Of a stretch of 64,000 bases of DNA, positions 21,715 through 34,573 are shown one piece after another. Origin of the DNA: an uncultured Gemmatimonadaceae bacterium. Lineage in GTDB: Bacteria; Gemmatimonadota; Gemmatimonadetes; Gemmatimonadales; Gemmatimonadaceae. Under the pieces are notes generated by a model that was not told where the DNA came from, made no database searches, and worked only from the letters and a program-made list of their open reading frames with translations. The position numbers were made by a program, and so were the translations under genes. Position 1 is the first letter of the stretch; each line of letters starts with the position of its first letter. The stretch lies in contig CAWFQK010000004.1 of assembly GCA_963817955.1 (NCBI GenBank), positions 320,001 to 384,000 on the forward strand, written 5' to 3'.

Positions 21715-22355
21715 GCCAAGCCGAAGCCGGGAGCACGGCCGGAACCGAGCATCGTCACGGTCGAGCCGACCAGCGGCAGCGAGGCTGGATCACGACGCGA
21801 CTCGACTTCGCTCGTCAACTGGGGCCGCTCGAACTCGCTGTGGCCCATGCCGTTCGGCACGGCGTGCTGCGCGATCGAGTTCATGGCCACGGCGGCGAGC
21901 AAGTTCGACCTCGCGCGGTTCGGCATGGAGCGCATGAGCTTCTCGCCGCGGCAGGCTGACTGCTGATCTGCGCCGGCCGCGTGCCGTTCAAGCTCGCGCC
22001 GGTGCTTGCGCCGGATCTGGCAGCAGATGCCGCAGCCCAAGTGGTGCTATCTCAATGGGCGCCTGCGCCTCGACCGGCGGGATGTTCGACAACTACGCCG
22101 TGGTGCAGGGCATCGACACGCATCATTCCGGTAGACGTTTACGTGCCCGGCTGCCCGCCGCGTCCCGAGGGCCTGCTCTACGGCATCTGATGCTGCAGAA
22201 GAAGATGCATGAACGAGCGGATGGGCGACACCTCGCTACGCAATGAGATGGAGCCGGATTCCGACGAGCCAACTGTACATCCCGCCCTCGGTGATCGACG
22301 AAGCTCTCGGAGCCGTTCGGCAATTCAGTTCAACAGACGACGATCCGGCCTGTGA
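21705..22355 (+). CDS. nuoB: NADH-quinone oxidoreductase subunit B (frameshifted)
   Basis: [35 protein letters not shown]. Confidence 0.92.
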
Positions 22356-23064
22356 GCAACAGCTTCACACCGGTGGTGCCGGGCAGCGCGACGGACTCCA
22401 ATGCCGGCGCGCCCGCGACACCCAAGAACGTGCCGCATCATGGCGGAGCCGACGAATCCCAGCGCCGATGCGCTCCGTCAGCAGTTCGCCGCGGGCCATC
22501 AGTCGGGTCGAGGTCGGGTGGGGCGAGACGACGGTCTTCGTCGATCCGGCCCGCGTGCACGATATCATTCGCTGGCTGCACGATGATCCGTCGCAATCGC
22601 TACGACTACCTCTCCGACGTCACGGCCGTGGAATTTCGAGACTTGCGAACAGCCGATCGAGGTCGTCTGGCACCTGCGATCACTGCCATTCCGTCGCTTC
22701 TTGCGCCTCAAAATCGCAGCTCGCGAAGGGCGGCACGTACGACGTGCCGAGCATATGGGACATCTACAAGGGCGCTGACTGGCTCGAGCGCGAGTGCTAC
22801 GACATGTTCGGCATTCGCTTCACGGGCCACCCCGATCTGCGGCGCATCCTGATGTGGGAGCAGTACAAGGAAGGCTATCCGCTGCGAAAGGATTTCCCGC
22901 TGCGCGGCCGCTTCAGCCGCTCCGAGCAACTGCGCCAGGCGCTATCGACGCCAACCCGGAAGCCAAGTATTCCATGGAAGAGTTGTCGATCGCCGAGGCG
23001 TTCGAGGATTTGCCGCTCGACATGCAGCGGCGGCTCGACGTCGGGCGAACGGACGGGGGAGTAG
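22352..23064 (+). CDS. nuoC: NADH-quinone oxidoreductase subunit C (frameshifted)
   Basis: [35 protein letters not shown]. Confidence 0.92.
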
Positions 23065-23067
23065 ACG

Positions 23068-24387
23068 ATGGCGACCACACACGTACGGTCGAAGTCGAGC
23101 TCTCCACGACGGGGCTCGACGCGCGACGGCCGACCGCAGCGCATTCCGCTCGCCGTCGACGAGCAGGGCAACATCATGGCAGCGCCGGCGGCGCCAGACC
23201 TCGAGCCCGATCTCGACGGTGAGCACATGCTCATCAACATCGGCCCGCAGCACCCAGCGACGCACGGCGTGCTGCGCCTGGTGCTCGAGCTCGACGGCGA
23301 GACCGTGGTGCGCTGCATTCCGCACATCGGCTATCTGCACTGCGGCTTCGAGAAGATCGGCGAGTACCGGCAGTACAATCAGATCATCCCGTGGACGGAC
23401 CGCGAGGATTACCTGAACTCTCCGGGCAACAACGTCGCGTTCGCGCTCGGCGCCGAGCGACTGTTCGGTATCGAGATCACCGAGCGTTGCAAGGTCCTGC
23501 GCGTGATCGCCTGCGAGCTATCGCGCATCATGTCGCATCTCGTGTGGGTCGGCACAACCCTGCATCGACATCGGCGCGTTCACGCCGTTCCTCTGGACGT
23601 TCCAGCAGCGCGAGAAGATCTACGAGATGCTCGAGGCGTGGATCGGCGCGCGACTCACGACGATCGTTGACGCGTGTCGGCGGCATGGGCGCGGACATTC
23701 CGGACGGGTGGACGAGGACCTCCTCGCAGCGTTCCTCAACGGCTTCCCCAAGAGTGTCGACGAAGTCGACCGCATGCATCACCCGGAACGCGCATCTGGG
23801 TCGGCCGAACGGTCGGCCTCGGCGTCATGTCGCCGGAGGAAGCGGTCAACTACGGTCTATCCGGTCCGATGCTTCGCGCATCTGGCGTTGCATATGACGT
23901 GCGGCGTGATTTCCCGTACCTCGACTACGAGACGTACGACTTCGACGTCCCGATCGGCATCAACGGCGATGTCTACGACCGCTACCTCGTGCGCATGGAG
24001 GAGCTCCGGCAGTCGACGCGCATTCTCGAGCAGGCGCTGAAGCGGTTGCCCGACGGTCCCGTGAACGTCAACGACCATCGCGTCATTCTGCCGCCGAAGA
24101 GCAAGGCGACGAGCGACATGGAATCGATGATTCACCACTTCAAGCAGGTGATGGAAGGCCCACGCCCGCCGATCGGCGAATCGTACGTCGCCGTCGAAAG
24201 TCCCAAGGGTGAGAAGGGGTACTACATGGTCTCCGACGGCACGTCGAAGCCGGTGCGCTGGCGCATCCGCCCGCCGATCTTTCGTCAACTTGTCCGCCAT
24301 TCCAAGATGGTCGAAGGCCACCTGCTATCCGACGTGATCGCCATCAACGCATCGATCGACATTGTGATGGGAGAGATCGACCGATGA
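23068..24387 (+). CDS. nuoD: NADH-quinone oxidoreductase subunit D (frameshifted)
   Basis: NIGPQHPATHGVLR, IGYLHCGFEK, ESPKGE, SIDIVMGEIDR. Confidence 0.94.
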
Positions 24388-24964
24388 CGGCAGCGAACAG
24401 CGACAGCGCCTATTTTCGTGTTCCCGACGCATCGGGCGGTCTGCGCATGACCGCCGATGCATCGCACGACGGTCATGCCCACGGCCCGTATGCGCCCGTC
24501 TTCACCGGCGCGCCGCGAAGGAGCTCGACGAGATCCTGACGCGCTATCCCACGAAGATGGCGGGCCTCCTGCCGGCGCTCTGGATGGTGCAGCAGCGAGC
24601 GCGGCTGGGTGCAGCGCCGACGGCAATGGCTGAAGTGGCCGACGTGCTCGAGCTCACGCCGGCATACGTGAAGGGCGTCGTGACGTTCTACACCATGTAT
24701 CATCAGCACCCGGTGGGAAGCACTTCATCCAGGTGTGCACCACGTCACCCTGCAACTGTGCGGCGCCGAGGAGGTCGTCGACGCGTTCCTCAAGCACACC
24801 GGCTGCAAGGAACTCGGGCAGACGTCCCCGACGGCAAGTACACGGTGATCGAAGTGGAGTGTCTCGGCGCGTGTGGATTCGCCACGCCGGTGCATGATCA
24901 ACGAGGATTTCATCGAGACCGTGACCCCGGAGCGTGTTCCGGCGATCCTCGCGGGACTCAATGA
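24384..24964 (+). CDS. nuoE: NADH-quinone oxidoreductase subunit E (frameshifted)
   Basis: VVTFYTMY, VCTTSPC, VECLGACG; end approximate. Confidence 0.88.
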
Positions 24965-24973
24965 CAGACTGAC

Positions 24974-26304
24974 ATGGGATATCCGCATAAGCCGCATGCC
25001 GCGCGAGACGCCGGTTCTCTCCAAGTATTTCGGAGAGCAGGACGCGCATCACGCTCGACGGGTGGAAGAAGCGCGGCGGTTACGCTGCGCTCGAGAATGC
25101 GCTGCAGCATGTCGCCGGCGAGATCGTCGACCATCGTCAAGGAGTCCGGGCTTCGCGGCCGCGGCGGCGCCGGGTTCCCGACCGGCGTGAAGTGGTCGTT
25201 CATGAAGCCGGGCGACGGCAAGCCGCACTATCTCTGCTGCAACGCGGACGAATCCGAGCCAGGGACGTTCAAGGATCGCGAGATCATGCGATGGACGCCG
25301 CACGCGCCTCGTCGAGGGGTGTCGCGATCGGCGCGTACGCGATCGGCGCCGAGACGGCGCTACATCTACATTCGCGGCGAGTTCACCGAGCCGCATTGCC
25401 CGCGTCGAGGCGTGCGCTCAAGGAAGCGTACGCGGCGGGGATCCTGGGCAAGAACGCCATGGGCATCGGGCAAGACGATCAACATCTACGTCCATCGCGG
25501 CGCCGGCGCGTACATCTGCGGCGAAGAGACGGCGCTGATGAACTCGATCGAGGGGCGGCGCGGGAATCCGCGCATCAAGCCGCCGTTCCCGGCGGTCGCG
25601 GGCGTCGTTCGGCCAGCCGACGACGATCAACAACGTCGAGACGCTCGCCGCAGTGCCGCACATTCTCAATAACGGCGCCGACTGGTACAAGCAGTGGATG
25701 CGCGCCGACAACCCGAAGAGCACAGGCACCAAGCTCTATCTCGGTCTGCGGCAACATCGCAGCGCCCGGGGAACTACGAAGTCCCGATGGGATTTCCGTT
25801 CAAGGACTTCCTCTACGATCTGTGCGGCGGTCCGCTGCCCGGACGGCAGTTCAAGGCGATCATCCCTGGCGGCATCTCGGTGCCGATCCAGACGGTGGAT
25901 GAAGCGGAAGCCAGCCTGATGGACTACGAAGGCTTCGTCGCCAACGGCACGATGCTCGGATCGGGTGGCGTGATCGTCATTCGACGACGCCCAGAACCTG
26001 GTGAAGCAGATCGCCCGCGCCGACGCGCTTCTTTGCCCACGAGAGCTGCGCGCAGTGCACGCAATGCCGCGAGGGCACCGGCGTGGACCACGAGGATTCT
26101 CGAACGCATCGTTGCCGGTGACGGCACGCCCGAGGACCTCGACACGTTGCTCGAGATTGGCGGAGAACATGACGGGCAAGACGATCTGTGTGCTGAGCGA
26201 TTCGTGCGCCACGCCGGTTGCAGCGGGACTCCAGAAGTTCCGCGGCGATTTCGAGGCGCTTGATCAAGAAGAAGAAGCATCACCTCGTGCCGGCGGTGGC
26301 ATAA
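24974..26304 (+). CDS. nuoF: NADH-quinone oxidoreductase subunit F (frameshifted)
   Basis: SGLRGRGGAGFPTG, NADESEPGTFKDR, GAGAYICGEETAL, HESCAQCTQCREG, TICVL. Confidence 0.94.
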
Positions 26305-26328
26305 ATGTCACTGACGACAGTCGGTCTG

Positions 26329-26400
26329 ATCCTGAGCGACGCGAAGAACCTCTCGCAATCCGCCGGGATCTTTCGTTCGCTGCGCTCCCTCAGGATGACA
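26329..26400. repeat. Palindromic REP/MITE-like element between nuoF and nuoG
   Basis: ATCCTGAG (26329-26336) pairs with CTCAGGAT (26389-26396); inner CGAAGAACC/GATCTTTCG arms. Confidence 0.7.
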
Positions 26401-26402
26401 GT

Positions 26403-27991
26403 ATGAGCGAGACGATTAACCTCACCATCGAAGGACGCCAGGTGAGCGTTCCGGCGGGGACCTCGATTCTCGAGGCCGCGAAGTACCGCCGGGGTGCTCA
26501 TTCCGCACTACTGCTACCACCCGGGACTGCCTGTGGCGGGCGTCTGCCGCATGTGTCTGGTGGAAGTCGAGAAGACGCCAAAGCTGGCGCCGTCGTGCGC
26601 CACGGCCGTCAGCGGAAGGGCAGGTGGTGCACGTGCACTCCCAGAAGGCGCTCGAGGCGCGCAAGGGCGTGCTCGAGATGCTGCTCATCAATCACCCGCT
26701 CGACTGCCCGATCTGCGACCAGGCGGGCGAGTGCGAGCTGCAGGACTACACGTATCAGGAAGGACGCGCCGAAGGCGCGTCTGCGCGAGCCCAAGCGGTT
26801 CAATCCGGCGGAGGATTTCGGCGGCGACGTCATGTACGTGCCGAACCGCTGCATCCTCTGCACGCGCTGCGTGCGCTTCATGGACGACGTCGCGCACGAT
26901 CCCGTGCTCGAGTGTCAGCGAGCGCGGCGACCGCGCCTGATCGGCAAGTTCGAGGGCGAAGGACCTGACGCACGCCTGGGCCGGGAACGTCATCGACCTC
27001 TGCCCGGTCGGCGCGCTGCTCTCCAAGGACTCGCTCAACAAGGCGCGCGCCTGGGAGCTTGATCGCACCGCGATCGGTGTGCCCGAACTGCTCGCAGGGC
27101 TGCAACATGATCGCTCGAAACGCGCGACAAACAGGTCGTGCGCCTCCGCCCGCGCCGCAACGACGAGGTGAACAAGTACTTCATGTGCGACCACGGCCGC
27201 CTGACCTATCGCTGGATGAACCGTCAGGATCGCGTCGAGGTGCCGATGGTGCGCACGGCGAGACGCTCAGCGGCGCCGACTGGCCGGTCGCGATCGCCGA
27301 GGCGGCGCGCGATGCTCTCACGGCAAGCGGGCGTTCGTCGCTCGCAACGCCGTCGCTGTCGAACGAAGCGCTCTATCCTCCTTTCGGAAGCTCGTGACGC
27401 GAAGAGCGGCGGCTCGGCCGCTATCGCGTGGAGCAGGGTGTAGAAGCGCCGCTGCCGGGCGTCCACGATCTGTCGCGTCGCGCCGATCGCGCCGCGAACG
27501 TGCCGTGGCGCCGAGCTGTTGGGCTTCACGCGCAGTCGACACGCCGCTCGCCGGACTCACCGCCGGCGACGTGCTGGTCGTCGGCGGATGAAGAGCTGGC
27601 AGGCATCGATGCACCGGAGGCGCTCGCCAAGGCGGGCGCCGTTATCGTCATCGGCACGACGCTGCCCGCGTGGGCGCGTCGAGCGCGACCGTGCGTTCTG
27701 CCGATCGCCAACGTCGCGGAGGAGGAAGGCACGTTCACGAACCTGCGCGGCCGCGTGCAGCGGTTCCTGCAGGCGAAGGCGGCGCCCGGTCTCGCGCGGC
27801 CCAGCTGGTTCGTGCTGTCCGACCTGCTCGATGGCGGTTGGCCGGCCACGGCGACTACTCGCTTGCCGGCGAGGTCTTCGACGCGCTGGCAGCGGCGCGT
27901 GCCGAGTTCGCCGGCATGTCGTACGACGCGCTGGCGACTCAAGGGCGCAGCGATCGCCGGTACTGCGGCGGCCGCGGGAGCGATCGCATGA
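26403..27991 (+). CDS. nuoG: NADH-quinone oxidoreductase subunit G, short form (frameshifted)
   Basis: [52 protein letters not shown]. Confidence 0.92.
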
Positions 27992-29312
27992 CGCATGCAC
28001 GCATTGCTACAAGCGGCCGTCCAGGCGATCGCAGGACGCACGATGCCGAGCTGCCGCAGAGCGAGGGCGTGTGGTTCCTCGTCGGCACGTCGTGAAGATG
28101 TTGATCGATCTTCTCGGTCTACATGGTCGGCGTCGCGTTGGTCACGCTCGCCGAACGCAAGATCTCGCGCGTGGATCCAGGACCGGCACGGCCCGAACCG
28201 TGTGCGGCATACGGCTGGCTGCAGCCGGTCGCGGACGGCCTGAAGAACATCATGAAGGAGGAGACCTATCCCGGTGCGGCGAACCTGCCGCTGTTCATTC
28301 TTGCGCCGGCGATTTCGTTCATCGCCGGCACTGCTCACCTGGGCGGTGATCCCGTTCGCGCGCCCGCTGCCGTCTCGCCGTGGGGCCGCATCGACATGGT
28401 CGTGGCGACCTGCCGGTCGGGCTACCTCTTCATCCTGGCCATCTCGTCGCTGGGCGTATACGGCATCGTGCTCGCCGGATGGAGCTCGAACAACAAGTAC
28501 GCGCTGCTCGGCGGTCTGCGCTCGAGCGCGCAGATGATCTCGCTACGAGATCGCGATGGGGATGTCGACCATTCCCGTGCTGCTCTCTCGCCGGGAACGT
28601 GTCGCTGGACCACGATCGTGAGGCAGCAGGCGCGCTGATGGAGCATGGAACGTGCTGCAATCTGTCGGTCGCGTTCTTCATCTTCCTCGTCGCGGCGTTC
28701 GCCGAGACGAACCGACTGCCATTCGACCTTCCCGAGGCGGAATCGGAGCTCGTCGCCGGCTACCACACCGAGTATCGGCGATGAAGTTCTCGCTGTTCTT
28801 CATCGCCGAGTACGCGAACATGGTGACGGCGAGCGCGCTGAGTCACACGCTGTTCTTCGGCGGATGGGACATCCCGTTCACGCAGTGGGACAACGTCGCC
28901 GCCGCATCACGGTGCTCAAGACCGTGCTGACGCTTGCCGCGTTCCTGGCGAAGATGCTGTTCTTCCTCTTCTTCTTCATGTGGATCCGCTGGACGCTGCC
29001 GCGGTTCCGCTACGATCAGCTCATGTCGCTCGGCTGGAAGTTCATGCTGCCGCTGGCGCTGGCGTATATCGTGGTCGATCGCGGTGGCGGTGCTCGGCGC
29101 TCGACGCGCCGGCATTCGCGCGCGGCGTCCGGCGGTTCTACGGCGCGATCATGTTCGGGGTGAACGTCGTGCTCGCCGTCGTCCTCTTCGTGCTTCATCG
29201 ACCGCGGCCGCATCTGATCAGCCCCGCATATTCGCGGCTCGACCAGCGCAATCTCGACAAGCTGCGTCGCGCACGGTGCGCCGCGTATCGGCTTCGAGCC
29301 CTCGACCAGTGA
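27988..29312 (+). CDS. nuoH: NADH-quinone oxidoreductase subunit H (frameshifted)
   Basis: [50 protein letters not shown]. Confidence 0.93.
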
Positions 29313-29327
29313 AGGGGGAGCCGACTG

Positions 29328-29827
29328 ATGGCCATCGGCGTGAAGGTGGTCGACCGGCCGATCGAGGAAGTCGAGCTACGTGCGCGCTACGCTCAAGGGC
29401 ATGGCGCTCACGCTCAAGCACATCGTCGATCCGGACAAGGTGACCATGCAGTATCCCGAGGAGAAGTGGGACGCTCTCGCCACGGTGGCGCGGCACGCAC
29501 CGCATGCTGACGACGGAGGACGGCAAGGCGAAGTGCGTCGCCTGCGGGCTGTGCCCGACGGTCTGCCCGGCGAACTGCATCAAGCTCGTGCCCGGCGAGG
29601 ACGAGCAGGGCAACCGGTATCCGCTCGTGTTCGAGATCGACGAGTTCCGCTGCATCTTCTGCGGCTACTGCCAGGAAGTCTGCCCGGAGGAGGCGATCCA
29701 CGTCGGGCGCCACTACGAGAACGCCGAGTACAGCCGCGACGGGTTCGTCTACGACCTCGAGCGGCTGATGTCGCAGACGCATCCGGTCTGCGAGATGTGG
29801 GATCCCGCCGACCCGAAGGGCGAGTGA
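29328..29827 (+). CDS. nuoI: NADH-quinone oxidoreductase subunit I (frameshifted)
   Basis: TMQYPEE, CVACGLCPTVCP, CIFCGYCQEVCP. Confidence 0.94.
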
Positions 29828-29830
29828 GCA

Positions 29831-30389
29831 ATGGCGCAACGAACATTCCTCGCCGCTCCTCTATTCGTTCCACTTCTATTTCTTCGGCCTCATCGCCGTC
29901 GTGTCCGCGATCGCGTTCGTGACGCGCAGGAGCCCGGTGGCCGCGGCGCATGTGGCTCGTGGTGCACGATGTTCTGCCTCGCCGCGCTCTACGTGATGCT
30001 CGACGCGCAGTTCATCGGCGTGATGCAGGTGCTCGTGTACGCCGGCGCGATCATGGTGGTGTTCGTGTTCGTCATCATGCTGCTCAACCTCGGGCACCGG
30101 CGGAGCTCTCCGACATCCGCGGGCTGGCGGTGGAAGCTGGCGGCCGGCGTCCTCGGCCTCGCGCTGCTCGCCGAGATCATGGCGCTCACGCGGAGCCAAG
30201 TGGACCGCAGGCTTGTCGCTGCCCGCCGGATCCGTGACCGTCGGCAGTTCGCACCGGCGGCATCATCGGCGCCGATTCGCCGGCCCGCTCTTCCACGAAT
30301 ACCTGCTGGCGTTCGAGGTGACGAGCGTGCTGCTGCTGTCGCGATCGTCGGCGCGGTCGTGCTCGGCAGCAAGCGGAGCGTGCGACTGA
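29831..30389 (+). CDS. nuoJ: NADH-quinone oxidoreductase subunit J (frameshifted)
   Basis: [20 protein letters not shown]. Confidence 0.9.
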
Positions 30390-30689
30390 TGCTCGCTGAA
30401 GCTCTCGTTCTTCTCCGCGGTGCTGTTCACGATCGGCGTGATCGGCGTGCTGACGCGCCGCAACGCGATCATCGTGTTCATGTGCGTCGAGCTCATGCTC
30501 AACGCCGTGAACCTGAGCTTCGTCGCCTTCGCGCAAGCTGTACGGCGTCGCCGGTCAGGTGTTCGTCGTTGTTCGTGATGACCGTCGCCGCGGCCGAGGC
30601 CGCCGTCGGGCTCGCGATCATCATCGCGACTCTTCCGTCATCAGGCAGACGGTGAATCTCAAGAACATCAACCTGCTGCAAGCGGCTGA
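30389..30689 (+). CDS. nuoK: NADH-quinone oxidoreductase subunit K (frameshifted)
   Basis: [32 protein letters not shown]. Confidence 0.9.
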
Positions 30690-32925
30690 TGATGCCTCCA
30701 GGCAAGCGATGCCAACGCGGGCACATCCGCTGGCGGACACCGTCGCGCGAGTACGTGTGGCTGCTGCCCGTCCTGCCGCTGCTCGGCTTCGTGCTCAACG
30801 GCGCTCTCGTCGCTGGTCAGCGCGCGCAGCTCGGGCCCGGCCGATCCGTCGCGCCCACGGGACCACGGCGCATGGTGCCGCGCACGATCGAGCGCACGCG
30901 GCGCGGACATCGCACGACGATCACCACGCCGCGACGCGCCATCGGTACGCCGGCGATCACGCAGCCTGATCGGGCCGGGCGTGCTGGTGCTGTCCTTCGC
31001 TGCTGGCCGTCGCGATCTTCGCTCGCGATGCGCGCCGGTCGGAGCATGGCCAGCCGTTCATCCAGACGCTACTTCCGCTGGATGCCGGTGAGCGACCTCA
31101 AGATCGACGTGGCGTTCCAGCTCGATCAGCTCTCGATGGTGATGGTGCTCGTCATCACCGGCGTGGGCACGCTGATCCACATCTTCAGCGTCGGCTACAT
31201 GCGGGACGATCCGGGGTATCCGCGCTACTTCGCGTACCTGAACCTGTTCGTCTTCTTCATGCTCGCTGCTGGTGCTCGGCGCGCAACTACCCGGTGATGT
31301 TCGTCGGCTGGGAGGGCGTGGGACTCTGTTCGTACCTGCTGATCGGGTTCTGGTTCAGCGAGAAGGCCAACGCCGACGCCGGGAAGAAGGCGTTCATCGT
31401 CAACCGCATCGGCGACTTCGGCTTCCTGGTCGCGATGTTCCTGCTGTTCGCGAACACGGGCACGCTCGACTTCGCGGGCATCGCGCGCGGACGTCGACGA
31501 AGCTGCCGGTCGGCGGCGCGGTGGTGACGGCCATCTGCCTGTTCTTCTTCCTCGGATGCACCGGCAAGAGCGCGCAGATTCCGCTCTACGTCTGGCTGCC
31601 CGACGCCATGGCGGGCCCGACGCCGGTCTCGGCGCTCATCCACGCGGCGACGATGGTCACGGCCGGCGTGTACCTGATCGCGCGCAGCACGCTGCTGTTC
31701 TCGCTCGCGCCGGTCGGCTCGCTGACGATCGTCGTCGTGGTGATCGGCGCGCTGACGGCGACTCTTCGCCGCGACGATCGGCCTCAAGCAGTGGGACATC
31801 AAGAAGGTGCTCGCGTATTCCACCGTCTCGCAGCTCGGCTACATGTTCGTCGGCGTCGGGCGTCGGGCGCGTACGTCGCCGGCGTCTTCCATCTCGTCAC
31901 CCACGCCTTCTTCAAGGCGCTGCTGTTCCTCGGCTCGGGCTCCGTGATCTTCGCCATGCACGCGGCGTATCACGCAGACGCGACAACCACGAGGACGCGC
32001 AGGACATGCGCAACATGGGCGGCCTGAGGAAGTACCTGCCGGTCACGTGGGTGCTCATGTGGATCGCGACGCTCGCGATCGCCGGCATTCCGCCGTTCGC
32101 CGGCTTCTTCTCGAAGGACGAGATTCTCGGCGCCGTGTTCGCTCGCGCGCAGGGTTCGACGCTCGCCGAGCGCACTCGCTGCTCGGGATCCCCGGCAGCA
32201 CGCTGCTGTATCGCGGTGTACGCGCTTCGGGCTCGCCGCGGCCTGCATGACGGCGATCTACATGACGCGCATGATGCTGTACACGTTCCACGGCCCCAAC
32301 CGGACCGGCGAGAAGGAGCGCGACCGCACCTGCACGAAGCGCCGTGGATCATGACCGGCCCGCTGCGTCGTGCTCGGCGTGCCTGAGCGGCGCTCGGCGG
32401 GTGGCTCAATCTTCCGGAGTTCCTGCCGCTCGGGCCGTCAGGGCGTGGATCGCAAGTGGCTCGAGCCGGTGGTCGGGGAGTCGCACCGCGCGCGTGGTGG
32501 CCGGGGCCGCGGAGACGTCGCCGGGCACGGAGACAGGCGCTGGTCGGCATCGCGGTCGCGATCGCCGTCGCGCGGCATCGCCCTCGCGTTCGTACGGCTC
32601 AAGCCGGCGCGCGCTCGTGCCGAAAAGGACGCGCCGCCGAGGAACGGGCTTCGAGAAGGTGCTCGAGCACAAGTACTACGTAGACGAGGCGTACGACGCG
32701 CGCGATCGTCCAGCCGGTGGTCAACGGACGTCGCGGGTCTGCTCTGGAAGCGGCGTCGACGTCGGGCATCATCGACGGCCTGTTCGGTGAACGGCAGCGC
32801 GCTGCTCGCCCGCGTTCGCCGGCTGGATCGGGTCGCAGCTGCAGTCGGGCCAGGTCGGCACCTATGCGTGGGTGCTGGTCGTCGGCGTCATCGCGCTGCT
32901 CGGCGCGTTCGCATGCGATCACTAG
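30689..32925 (+). CDS. nuoL: NADH-quinone oxidoreductase subunit L (frameshifted)
   Basis: [66 protein letters not shown]. Confidence 0.94.
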
Positions 32926-32939
32926 CGATTCGCCAATAA

Positions 32940-34573
32940 ATGAACGATTTCCTGACGTCGCTCGGGTACAACGCGCTGGATCCTGCCGGCGCTGCTCCTG
33001 CATCCCGATGGCGGGCGCCGTCGCCGTCTGGCTGCACGGCACGGCTCTCGCGACTGGCGACGCGAAGACGAGGTCGCGAGCGCGGCCGCTCGGCTGCGCG
33101 CGCCTGGTCGCGCTCGTCATCTTCGCCGCCGAGTTCGTCGCTCTCGCTCGGCCTCTGGTGGTGCGTTCGATACGACGTCCACCGGGTGGCAGGCGCTACG
33201 TCGACGCTGCCGTGGATTCCCATCGTGGGGCATGCGCTTCACGCTCGGCATCGACGGCATCGCCGCTGATGCTGATCCTGCTCACGACGTTCATGATGCT
33301 CGCTCGCCGTGCTCGGCGGCTGGACGAGCGTTCGCGCGAGAAGCTGCACAGCTACTACGCGCTGCTGCTGGTGCTCACGACCGGCATGCTCGGCGTGTTC
33401 ATGGCGCTCGACCTCTTCCTGTTCTTCGTGATGTGGGAAGCTGATGCTCGTCCCGATGTACTTCATCATCGGCATCTGGGGCGGACAGCGGCGCATCTAC
33501 GCGAGCCTCAAGTTCTTCATCTACACGATGGTCGGCTCGATGCTCGATGCTGGTCGCGATCCTCTACCTCGGCCTCCACAGCGCGAACCGCCGTGACCGG
33601 GCCATGCCGAGCTTCAGCTACGACTGAGATCTTGCGCGAATGTGCGTGCTGTCGCCCACAGACGGCGATGTGGCTGTTCGCCGCGTTCTTCCTGGCGTTC
33701 GCCGTGAAGGTGCCGATGTGGCCGTTCCACACCTGGCTGCCCGACGCGCACGTCGAGGCGCCGACGGCGGGCTCGGTGGTCCTGGCGGCGATCATGCTCA
33801 AGATGGGAACGTTCGGGTTCCTGCGGCTCGCGGTGCCGCTGTTCCCGTCGGCGGCGACTGAACCCCACGATCCGCTCGATCGATCCTCACGCTGGCAGTG
33901 ATCGGCATCGTCTACGGCGCGCTGGTGGCGCTGGTCCAGCCCGACTTCAAGAAGCTCGTCGCGTACTCGTCGGTGAGCCACCTCGGCTTCGTGATGCTCG
34001 GCATCTTCGCGCTGTCCGTGCAGATCGTGCAGGGCGCGCTGATCGTGATGATCAGCCACGGCGTCTCCACGGGCGCGCTGTTCCTTCTCATCGGCATGAT
34101 CTACGAGCGGCGGCATTCGCGACTCATCGAGGACGTACGGCGGCATCGCGAAGGTCGATGCCGGTGTTCGCCGACGATGCTCACCATCGTCGCGCTGCAG
34201 CTCGCATCGGCGTGCCAGGAACGAACGGCTTCGTCGGCGAGTTCCTCGTGCTGATTGGCTCGTTCCGCACGGAGCCGATCTTCGCGGTGATCGCGACGAC
34301 CGCCGTCATCTTCGCCGCGGCGTACCTGCTGTGGGCGCATGCAGCGCATCATCTGTTCAATCCGCTCGACAAGCCCGAGAACGAGCACGTGCCCGACCTC
34401 AACCGGCGCGAACTGGCGGTCATGCTCATGCCGCTCGTTGCCTCGCGATCATCTGGCTCGGCGTTTATCCGGCGCCGGTGCTCCAACGCATGCAGGGTGC
34501 CGCCGAGAAATTCGTCAGTACGGTGGACGCCCGCCGCAACATGATGCAGGCCGTCGCGGAGGAACAGCGCTGA
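32940..34573 (+). CDS. nuoM: NADH-quinone oxidoreductase subunit M (frameshifted)
   Basis: [39 protein letters not shown]. Confidence 0.94.
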
